64,000 nucleotides of DNA from positions 719 to 64,718 of the forward strand of contig JAHFLD010000001.1 of NCBI GenBank assembly GCA_023245035.1. Reading direction: 5' to 3'. Below are positions 56,346-64,000 of this stretch, one piece after another (the first letter of the stretch is position 1; the number at the start of each line of letters is the position of its first letter). A program made the translations under genes and the position numbers. Source of the DNA: Candidatus Harrisonbacteria bacterium (GTDB taxonomy: Bacteria > Patescibacteriota > Minisyncoccia > UBA6257 > 1-14-0-10-40-38). The notes under the pieces were generated by a model. That model did no database searches and had not been told where the DNA came from. It saw only the letters and a list, made by a program, of their open reading frames with translations.

Positions 56346-57101
56346 TCATTTTTCTCCTCTAATAAAGCGATAAGATGCAATAAGATTTGGCAAAATAATA
56401 ACAATTATCAGTAAATAGAAAAAGAAACGAATTATTTCTTTAGCAAAAAACACTTTGATATTTATCGGCTTGGCGGAGATGTATGAATCAGTGGTATCAA
56501 TCTCGCCCTTCAAATTAACGAAAACATCGACAAACGTTCCATTGCTCTTTATTTGAATTGCTTTAATGGGTATAAAAGAAGAAAGTTCTTTGATTACTTC
56601 GGTTTTTTGAGAGTCTGGACCCCTTAAAAATATTGAAGTTGTGGTAGAGAATACATTATCAAATTGACTCCTAGTAACCGGCTCACAGGTCTCAGCTTTG
56701 GCGCCGGCATATATTTTCAAATCGCCAGCATTAATTTGCATGGCGCCTATTTCTCGGTCAGAAACAAGAGGAAGGTCGACCTCTCTTCCATAAAGCGATA
56801 ATTTGTTTTCATTTTTGAGACACAGTAAAGTATTTTTCCCACTCGGCGCATCTAGAAGATCATCGATTTTTTGAAAATTAAACCCCAAGGATTCTGAAAA
56901 TTTTAAAGCGATCTCACCCGGGTTGATGGCGGCTTGAATTCTGTCCATTGAAAGGGTTGCCGTTGTTGGGCTATTGAACGTAGCCTTACCCCACAAAACT
57001 TGGGGGTGCGTGAAATAATCAAGCAGAAGCGCAAGAAAAAAAACTAGAAATAATCTAGTAATTAAATCCACTTCGAATTTATTTTTTTTCACACCATCCA
57101 T
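56346..57101 (-). CDS. Hypothetical AT-rich membrane protein (TM at both ends)
   Basis: 251-aa ORF directly downstream of tmRNA 3' end. Confidence 0.7.
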   Translation of the reverse strand: MDGVKKNKFEVDLITRLFLVFFLALLLDYFTHPQVLWGKATFNSPTTATLSMDRIQAAINPGEIALKFSESLGFNFQKIDDLLDAPSGKNTLLCLKNENKLSLYGREVDLPLVSDREIGAMQINAGDLKIYAGAKAETCEPVTRSQFDNVFSTTTSIFLRGPDSQKTEVIKELSSFIPIKAIQIKSNGTFVDVFVNLKGEIDTTDSYISAKPINIKVFFAKEIIRFFFYLLIIVIILPNLIASYRFIRGEK

Positions 57102-57168
57102 AGTGGAACATCCTAATCACTTGGTTTACCACGAGCGAGCCTCTCGTTGTTACGAGGGGCGAGTCGAG

Positions 57169-57496
57169 TGGAGATGGAGGGAGTTGAACCCTCGTACAAG
57201 AAGAGCTTCGTACTGCGTCTACATGCTTAGTTCTGAAAAGTCAGAGCGCGTGAACTCCATGTGTTTTAGTGCCCCCGCCTGGAATTCAAAGGCAAGAGCC
57301 TTAGCTCAAAGTATTACACCGGTATCTTCCTATTGAGCATCAAAAGGCCGATGGATCTGGCGTTACGCGAAAGCGAAAGCCGGAACTCTGCTAACGTTTT
57401 GGTTGGCAGTTAAAGGTTTGGATTCGGATTAACGAGGCAATCCTCCTCGGCATGCGGCTGTACCAAGACTGCTCCTTGGCAAATCCTGTCATCCCC
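57169..57496 (-). ncRNA. ssrA: tmRNA; tag peptide ANQNVSRVPAFAFA*
   Basis: 5' GGGGATG and 3' GGTTCAACTCCCTCCATCTCCA tRNA-Ala-like ends with G3-U; resume context TAACTGCC; tag ORF 57363-57407; adjacent smpB. Confidence 0.93.
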
Positions 57497-57510
57497 TAAA
57501 TCACTTCTTC

Positions 57511-57954
57511 TTAACTTCTCAACGTGCGATCAATCTCGCGTTTTGACTCCTTCTTATGAATCGCCTCGCGTTTGTCGCTTTTTTTCTTTGGTCGGGCGAG
57601 CGCCAATTCCAACTTCAAAACGCCATGGCTATCATAAACCTTAAGTGGCACCAAAGTCAAGTGAGAAGATTTTAATTCGCGGGCAATTTCCAGCAACTCC
57701 TTTTTATTAACGAGCAATTCCCGAGTTTGTTTCTGGTCGTAGCCCTTGGGGGTGTTCGCCGCTTGAAACGGGGGAATGTCGGCGTTAACTAACCACAACT
57801 TCCCGCCGCGAATCTGCGCAAAACTCCCCGCCAGATTCATTCTGCGGGCTCGAATCGCCTTGACCTCAAACCCCTTGAGTATCATTCCCGTGGCAAATGT
57901 CGCCATAATCTGATAATCAAAGCGCGCTCGGTTATGTTCGGCTAAAGCAGTCAT
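57511..57954 (-). CDS. smpB: SsrA-binding protein
   Basis: NRARFDY, GMILKGFEVKAIR, TLVPLKVY, DKRE. Confidence 0.95.
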   Translation of the reverse strand: MTALAEHNRARFDYQIMATFATGMILKGFEVKAIRARRMNLAGSFAQIRGGKLWLVNADIPPFQAANTPKGYDQKQTRELLVNKKELLEIARELKSSHLTLVPLKVYDSHGVLKLELALARPKKKSDKREAIHKKESKREIDRTLRS

Positions 57955-58030
57955 CTGTTTACTATAGCGTTATTTTAAAATAACCTACAGATAGTTCTTT
58001 ACCATCCATCCCTAAAAGATTGGAGGGCGC

Positions 58031-58429
58031 ATGTCCTTAATAACCAAGGCAATCAAGCAAAAAAGAAGCTGGTCAGACGGCGTGCGAATTTCGGTTATGA
58101 GTCGTCACACGCTATCTGACGGTGTTACTCCCGATCCGGATATCTCGGCAAGTTCCTTTGATGAACACTGGCCGCAACTTGCTCCACCGGCAACCCTAAT
58201 CGGCGCTTACTATAAGCGAGGTCTTTCTTGGGAAGTATTCGCCGATCAATTCAATCAATATCTAATGACTGCGGAAGTACGCCTACATCTTCTGAATCTT
58301 ATCCGCTTGGCACTAGCGGGAAATGTCACCATTCTTTGTATTGAATCCTCTCCAGAAAAATGTCATCGGCGACTTATTGCCGAGACGTGTTCCGTGCTCA
58401 ATCCATCTCTAGAAGTTCTTCTCCAATGA
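58031..58429 (+). CDS. DUF488 family protein
   Basis: DGVRISVM, LAPP, W..F..Y, VTILCIE..CHRRLIAE. Confidence 0.8.
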   Translation: MSLITKAIKQKRSWSDGVRISVMSRHTLSDGVTPDPDISASSFDEHWPQLAPPATLIGAYYKRGLSWEVFADQFNQYLMTAEVRLHLLNLIRLALAGNVTILCIESSPEKCHRRLIAETCSVLNPSLEVLLQ

Positions 58430-58497
58430 CGCCGGTCGGCGTCATTTTATTTTTCGTGATTTTCCTCTACCAAAAAAACCAGCTATAGTTCATATAC

Positions 58498-60189
58498 ATG
58501 CTTAGCAAAATCCAAAAACTGGTAGCCGAAGCGGTTGGTAGGGAAATCAGCCCCGTAATTCAAGTCTCGGCCGAAGAAAAATTTGGCGACTACACCACCC
58601 CCGTGGCTCTTTCGCTCGCAAAAACCATTAAGCGCCCACCGCTCGAAATCGCCGAAGAAATCGCGGCCAAACTCCGCGCCGCGCCGGGGAGTAACCAATT
58701 TAAAAAAATAGAAGTCACCGCGCCCGGTTTTATAAATTTTCACCTCTCCGATCAAGCGCTTGAATCCGCGCTTGCCGAAATCACCAAGTCCGGCGCCAAA
58801 TGGGGGAGGCCAGAAACCAAAACGCGAGCCACGGTGATCATTGATTATTCTTCGCCGAACATCGCCAAACCGATGAGCGTCGGCCACCTTCGCTCCACGA
58901 TTATCGGCGCCGCGCTATATAACATCTTTAAATTCTCCGGCTGGAAGACCATCGGTGACAACCATCTGGGAGATTGGGGTCGGCAATTCGGCATCCTCAT
59001 CGCCGCCTGGAAGGATTGGCAAAAAATAAACGGCGAAAAAAGAGAGGTCGTAATCAACGACCTCATGCGGCTCTACGTTGATTACAACGCGCTCATGAAA
59101 GAGGACGCCAAACTCGAAGAACGCGCTCGCCTCGAAACCAAAAAACTCCAGGATGGCGACTTGGAAAACACCAAACTCTGGAAGCGATTCTACAAAATTA
59201 GCTTGGCGGAGTTTCAAAAGATCTACGCGCTCCTTGGAATAAAATTCGACCACTCCTACGGCGAGAGCCACTACCAAAAAATGCTCGGAACCATTGTCTC
59301 CGACGCCGTCCAAAAGGGCGTAGCGGTGCGAAGCGAAGGCGCGGTGATTATTCCGGTGCCCGGCAAGGCGCCCTTGGTTATCCAAAAGAGCGACGAAGCC
59401 TTTCTTTACGGCACCACCGACATCGCGACCGTGAAACAACGGGTAACAAGGTGGAAGCCGAGCCTTATCTTGTACGTCATTGGCAACGAACAAGCCTTGC
59501 ATCTCGAGCAACTGTTTTACGCCGTCAAACAATTGGGTTTAATCTCTAAGCAGAAGCTGGCCCACGTAAAATTCGGTCTCATCTTGGGCGAGGATCTAAA
59601 AAAACTCTCCACCCGCGCCGGCAAACACATCGCCTTAGACGAGGTTATTTACGAGGCAATCGAACGAGCCAAAAAAGTCACGAGCGGCAAGAGGCCGGAT
59701 CTGTCGCCTGGCGAACACGACAAAATCGCCAAGGTCGTCGGCATCGCCGCCTTAAAATACAATGATCTTTCGCAAAATCGCCAAAGCGACATCGCCTTTC
59801 ATTGGGACAAAATGCTCAACCTGGAGGGCAACAGCGCGCCTTATATTATGTACACCTATGCCCGGCTCAAAAGCGTTCTCCGCAAAGCCGGCTTCCCGCG
59901 AAAAGCCAATTTTTCCCTGCTCAACCAAGACAGCGAGCGCGCGCTGATTAAAAAACTGATTCAATTCCCCGATGTCATAACCGGCGTGCTTCAAACCTAT
60001 TTCCCACACCAACTTGCCGACTACTTATACGAGCTCACCAAACTGGCCAATTATTTTTATCAAACCGAACCGATTCTCCAAGCCGAGCCGGCGGTTATGA
60101 ACGCCCGACTAAAACTAATTTCCGCCGCCGCCCAAACCATCAAAACCAGTCTCGCGCTCCTGGGCATCTCAGCGCTGGAAAAAATGTAA
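58498..60189 (+). CDS. argS: Arginyl-tRNA synthetase
   Basis: FGDY, PGFINF, DYSSPNIAKPMSVGHLRST, NHLGDWG, YTYARL, C-terminal EKM. Confidence 0.97.
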   Translation: MLSKIQKLVAEAVGREISPVIQVSAEEKFGDYTTPVALSLAKTIKRPPLEIAEEIAAKLRAAPGSNQFKKIEVTAPGFINFHLSDQALESALAEITKSGAKWGRPETKTRATVIIDYSSPNIAKPMSVGHLRSTIIGAALYNIFKFSGWKTIGDNHLGDWGRQFGILIAAWKDWQKINGEKREVVINDLMRLYVDYNALMKEDAKLEERARLETKKLQDGDLENTKLWKRFYKISLAEFQKIYALLGIKFDHSYGESHYQKMLGTIVSDAVQKGVAVRSEGAVIIPVPGKAPLVIQKSDEAFLYGTTDIATVKQRVTRWKPSLILYVIGNEQALHLEQLFYAVKQLGLISKQKLAHVKFGLILGEDLKKLSTRAGKHIALDEVIYEAIERAKKVTSGKRPDLSPGEHDKIAKVVGIAALKYNDLSQNRQSDIAFHWDKMLNLEGNSAPYIMYTYARLKSVLRKAGFPRKANFSLLNQDSERALIKKLIQFPDVITGVLQTYFPHQLADYLYELTKLANYFYQTEPILQAEPAVMNARLKLISAAAQTIKTSLALLGISALEKM

Positions 60190-60273
60190 GCCGTTGACAA
60201 ATTATAGATATATTGATAAGTTAAAAACCGGCATTGTTTAGCTCATCGTCAACCAAAAAAGGAGAGACAAGTC

Positions 60274-60579
60274 GTGCCCAATGCTCCATCTGATGTTGTG
60301 AAGCGCTTCCTAGAAATCGTCTTTCATGATGTTGCGCCCTGCCCGAGTTGCCAGTCCGATCTCGGCATAATCGAACGCTACTGCCCAAAGTGTGGCCAAC
60401 TCAATGCAAGATTTGACCCAAAGAAATTCAAAAAGGATTGGGGAATGACTATTAAACAATCCTTACGTTGTTGCCCCTTTGAACATGCAGGAACCCGCCG
60501 AGAAGCTGAAAGAGACAAGAGGCCGTTAAGAGACGCCTTCTGTATAATCTGCGGCGAGAAAGCCTACGCCCCAAGATGA
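60274..60579 (+). CDS. Zinc-ribbon hypothetical protein, paralog 1
   Basis: CPSC..CPKC..NARFD..CP.EH..FCIICG; TTGACA promoter at 60194, AAGGAG SD. Confidence 0.7.
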   Translation: MPNAPSDVVKRFLEIVFHDVAPCPSCQSDLGIIERYCPKCGQLNARFDPKKFKKDWGMTIKQSLRCCPFEHAGTRREAERDKRPLRDAFCIICGEKAYAPR

Positions 60580-60736
60580 ATCGCTCATCACCGGAACCAA
60601 AAGTTTCGGTGATTTTTTTTGGGAATTAATGCGCGCGGAGATCGCCCGCCCGCGCTCTCTTGACAAGGCAGGGTTAAATAGATTATCCTCAAACCGCTGT
60701 TTGAAAATCAAAAACCATCCAACCAAGGAGCATTTT

Positions 60737-61021
60737 GTGCCCAGAAAAAATATCGAGGATCTTCTAGGGGTGCCTCATCTGGCCGAGGTCGCGACCTGTT
60801 CCTGTGGCGTCAAGCTTAGAAAGCCAGAGGCCCATTGCCAGAATTGCGGCGATGCGAATCCGCGGTTTGACCGGGTCTCTTTCGAAAAGACCTTCGGTGA
60901 ATCCCTGGAGGCGGCGAAGGCAAGCTGTCCGACCGAGCACGTTGCTCGCAAAACTGATCTCATCCGGGAAAACAAATCCGGACGAGTCTACTGCCCGATT
61001 TGCGGGACGAGGATTATTTAG
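60737..61021 (+). CDS. Zinc-ribbon hypothetical protein, paralog 2
   Basis: CSC..CQNC..NPRFD..CP.EH..YCPICG; TTGACA at 60660, AAGGAG SD, GTG start, terminator 61031-61060. Confidence 0.7.
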   Translation: MPRKNIEDLLGVPHLAEVATCSCGVKLRKPEAHCQNCGDANPRFDRVSFEKTFGESLEAAKASCPTEHVARKTDLIRENKSGRVYCPICGTRII

Positions 61022-61094
61022 CACGACCCCACCGGCCTTTAAAAGGCCGGTATTTTTTTTACAAAAACATCCAAATTCCTGTACTATATAAGAC

Positions 61095-64000
61095 ATGCGT
61101 TTTGATTTGAACGATAAGACCCCCGCTCAACTGGAAGAGGAGGTTTTGGAGCTTTGGCGCTCCAAGAAAATCTTTGAGCGAATCCAAAAAAAACGCGAAG
61201 GCCAAACCCCTTTTCGTTTTTTTGAAGGTCCGCCGACCGCCAATGGTCGTCCGGGAATTCACCATGTTCTGGCCCGCGCCTTCAAAGACGCGGTACTTCG
61301 CTATCAAACCATGCGGGGCAAATATGTCCTGCGCCGCGCCGGCTGGGACACTCACGGCTTACCCGTGGAAATTGAGGTGGAAAAAGAACTGGGCATCAAA
61401 AGCAAACCCGAAATTGAAAAATACGGCATCGCCAAGTTCAACGCCAAAGCCAAAGAATCGGTTTGGCAGTACAAAACCGAATGGGAAAAACTAACCGAAC
61501 GCGTCGGTTTTTGGCTGGATTTCAAGCATCCCTACGTAACCTACGAAACCGACTACATAGAATCGGTCTGGTGGGTGATTAGCGAGGTGGAGAAGCGAGG
61601 CCTCCTGGAAAAGGGTCATCGAGTGGTGCCCTGGTGTCCGCGTTGCGAAACTTCGCTCTCCAGTCACGAGTTGGCTCAACCTGGCGCCTACAGAACCACT
61701 AAAGACCCCTCGCTTTACCTCAAGCTTCCGCTTGTCGGCGAAAAAAATACCAGCCTTCTTGTTTGGACAACCACCCCTTGGACCCTGCCGGGAAATATGG
61801 CCGTCGCGGTCAATCCCGATCTCCTCTATACAAAATTTAAATCAGGGGATGAATTTTTTTGGGCCTACAAAATGCCAGAGATTCTTGCCTCGGTGAGCGA
61901 GGGACAAGCTCCTCGCGAAGTTTTGGCCACCAAAGAAACCAAAAAAGGGCACGAGCTCTTGGGTAAAAAATACGAGCCGCTTTTTGCGGACAAAAAAGTA
62001 AAAACACCGCAACTCTACTCGGTTCTCGCGGGAGATTTTGTTTCAACCGAGGACGGCACGGGACTGGTTCACATCGCCCCCGCCTTCGGTGAGGAAGATT
62101 TAAAACTTTGGCGTGCCGCGCATAATGGCGAACGAACCGAAATCATAGTCAACGTGGACGGCGAAGGCCGTATGGGCGAGGGCTTTCCCGGCGCCGGTCA
62201 ATTTATCAAAAAAGCCGACGAGGCGATTCTCCAAAATCTCGCCGAGCGAGGCTTGGTCTACGAGCGTACGACCCTCGAACACGAATATCCTTTTTGCTGG
62301 AGATGCTCCTCGCCGCTCATCTATTTCGCCCGTGATTCGTGGTTCATAAAAATGAGCTCGCTTCGCAATGAGCTAGTAAAAGAAAATCAGAGCATCAACT
62401 GGGTGCCAAGCCACGTTAAAGAAGGCCGCTTCGGCGAGTGGCTTAAAGACGTCAAAGATTGGTCGCTGTCCCGCGAACGCTACTGGGGAACTCCGCTGCC
62501 GGTTTGGGAATGCGCCTCATGCGCCGCGCGCCGCGTGGTCGGAGCCGTGGATGAATTAAGCAAATTTGGTTCGGCTAAAAATACCTTCTATGCCATCCGT
62601 CACGGCGAGGCCGACCACATCATCCAAGGAGTTACCGCCAGCTGGCCGGAGGCAAAAAAGATCTCTCATCTTACCGTAAAAGGCCGTGAGCAAGTCGCGG
62701 ACTCCGCCAAAAAACTCTTGTCCAAAAAAATAGATCTCATCGTTTGCTCGCCAATGGCCCGCGCCAAAGAAACCGCGGAAATTATTCACCAAGCAACCCG
62801 CGTCCCCGTCGTCTACGATGAGCGTCTGGCGGACATTAACTGCGGAATTTTTGACGGCCAATCCATAGATAGCTATCGCGCCTTTTTCCAAGATGCGGAG
62901 AATCGCCTTAACACCGCCCCGCCCGGCGGAGAATCTCCCGCCCAGGTTCGAGTGCGTATGGCGCAAGTTCTGCAATCTCTGCAGAAAGAACACGCGGGCA
63001 AACGCATCCTAATCGTTAGCCACGACGATCCGCTTCGTATGCTCCGCGCGAGCATCAAGCGTCTGCCCGAAGAAAAAATCTTAAAACAAAAGAGTCTAAA
63101 GCTCGGCGAGGTCATCTCCCTTGGTCGCGCCTACCTTCCGTTCAACGCCAAAGGCGAAGTTGACCTTCACAAGCCCTTCATCGACGAAATAATTTTGCGC
63201 TGTACTGTCTGTAAAAAAGGTGAGATGCGCCGAGTCAAAGAAGTTATGGATGTCTGGCTGGATTCGGGATGCGTGCCCTTCGCCGAGTGGCACTATCCTT
63301 TTGAAAACAAGGAGCAAATTGAAGAGGGTCGGCATTTTCCGGCGGACTATATTGTGGAAGGCATGGATCAAACCCGCGGCTGGTTCTACACCATGCTCGC
63401 GGTCTCGGTACTACTCGGTCGGGGCGCGCCCTACAAAAATGTCATTTCCTTAGGCTTGGTTTTGGATAAAAACGGCCAGAAAATGTCTAAGTCCAAAGGC
63501 AACGCGGTTGACCCTTGGGAGATAATTAAAAAATACGGCGCCGATACCATCCGCTGGTTCTTTTTTTCGGTCGGCGATCCCGGCGAACCGAAAAAATTCA
63601 ACGAGACCGAACTGGCTACGGTTTACCGCAAAGTTTTTTTGATCGTCTGGAACTCCTTCTTGTTTTTAAAAACCTATCAGGCGAACGAAAAGACCGGCTC
63701 TCCTAACAAGATTCTGGATGCCTGGATTCAGGCCAGAATGGCCGAGACCGAACAAAAAACACGCCAAGCCATGGACGCGTTCGATTTGCGAACGGCGGTT
63801 TTAGCCATTGAAATCTTCATTGACGATCTTTCCCGCTGGTATATCCGCCGCTCGCGGCGAAATCTCTCGGTGCCGGTTTTAACCGAGGCCTTGCTTACGC
63901 TGTCGCGCCTTCTGGCGCCATTCGCCCCCTTCTTTGCCGAGGCTCTGTTTCAAGGCCTCAAAAAAATCGCCTCCGACAAAAATGCGGAAATTTTGAAAGC
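61095..64000 (+). CDS. ileS: Isoleucyl-tRNA synthetase type 2 with inserted histidine-phosphatase domain (runs off window; absent from ORF track)
   Basis: EGPPTANGRPGIHH, GWDTHGLPVE, WTTTPWT, GTGLVH, WSLSRERYWGTPLP, EGMDQTRGWF, KMSKS at 63480. Confidence 0.95.
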   Translation, partial: MRFDLNDKTPAQLEEEVLELWRSKKIFERIQKKREGQTPFRFFEGPPTANGRPGIHHVLARAFKDAVLRYQTMRGKYVLRRAGWDTHGLPVEIEVEKELGIKSKPEIEKYGIAKFNAKAKESVWQYKTEWEKLTERVGFWLDFKHPYVTYETDYIESVWWVISEVEKRGLLEKGHRVVPWCPRCETSLSSHELAQPGAYRTTKDPSLYLKLPLVGEKNTSLLVWTTTPWTLPGNMAVAVNPDLLYTKFKSGDEFFWAYKMPEILASVSEGQAPREVLATKETKKGHELLGKKYEPLFADKKVKTPQLYSVLAGDFVSTEDGTGLVHIAPAFGEEDLKLWRAAHNGERTEIIVNVDGEGRMGEGFPGAGQFIKKADEAILQNLAERGLVYERTTLEHEYPFCWRCSSPLIYFARDSWFIKMSSLRNELVKENQSINWVPSHVKEGRFGEWLKDVKDWSLSRERYWGTPLPVWECASCAARRVVGAVDELSKFGSAKNTFYAIRHGEADHIIQGVTASWPEAKKISHLTVKGREQVADSAKKLLSKKIDLIVCSPMARAKETAEIIHQATRVPVVYDERLADINCGIFDGQSIDSYRAFFQDAENRLNTAPPGGESPAQVRVRMAQVLQSLQKEHAGKRILIVSHDDPLRMLRASIKRLPEEKILKQKSLKLGEVISLGRAYLPFNAKGEVDLHKPFIDEIILRCTVCKKGEMRRVKEVMDVWLDSGCVPFAEWHYPFENKEQIEEGRHFPADYIVEGMDQTRGWFYTMLAVSVLLGRGAPYKNVISLGLVLDKNGQKMSKSKGNAVDPWEIIKKYGADTIRWFFFSVGDPGEPKKFNETELATVYRKVFLIVWNSFLFLKTYQANEKTGSPNKILDAWIQARMAETEQKTRQAMDAFDLRTAVLAIEIFIDDLSRWYIRRSRRNLSVPVLTEALLTLSRLLAPFAPFFAEALFQGLKKIASDKNAEILK

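Noticed and set aside
1-64000. Alternative genetic code, prophage, integrase or defence island
   Set aside because: Core genes are intact under code 11 and end in TAA, TAG or TGA; no phage, integrase, RT or recognisable defence genes were seen.

Overview
64-kb chromosomal segment of a bacterium with standard genetic code (TAA, TAG and TGA all used as stops). Gene content and style suggest Patescibacteria/CPR (Parcubacteria-like); this is inferred, not proven. It spans the replication origin (jag-yidC-rnpA-rpmH / dnaA-oriC-dnaN). It carries housekeeping genes (nusA, hppA, tig, clpP, tyrS, class II RNR, recG, glyA, folD, pcrA, rsmA, ruvB/C, infC-rpmI-rplT, smpB/tmRNA, argS, ileS), a glgA-GH57-glgA block, a VirB4/PrgI/VirB6/pilin-like cluster, six tRNAs and several self-contained orphan-gene cassettes. 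The most striking structure is a nested tRNA-Lys(CTT) locus at 18370-18793. An intact tRNA is flanked by two extra 5' halves and two extra 3' halves, all broken at the anticodon and joined by mutually complementary linkers, so the transcript could fold as a tRNA inside the anticodon arm of a tRNA inside another tRNA. Other notable items: tRNA-3'-associated anti-T-arm elements, a histidine-phosphatase domain inserted in a GIHH-type IleRS2, and two apparent expression regimes (leaderless housekeeping genes versus promoter-boxA-SD-terminator orphan cassettes). All calls come from motif recognition only; no searches were run.
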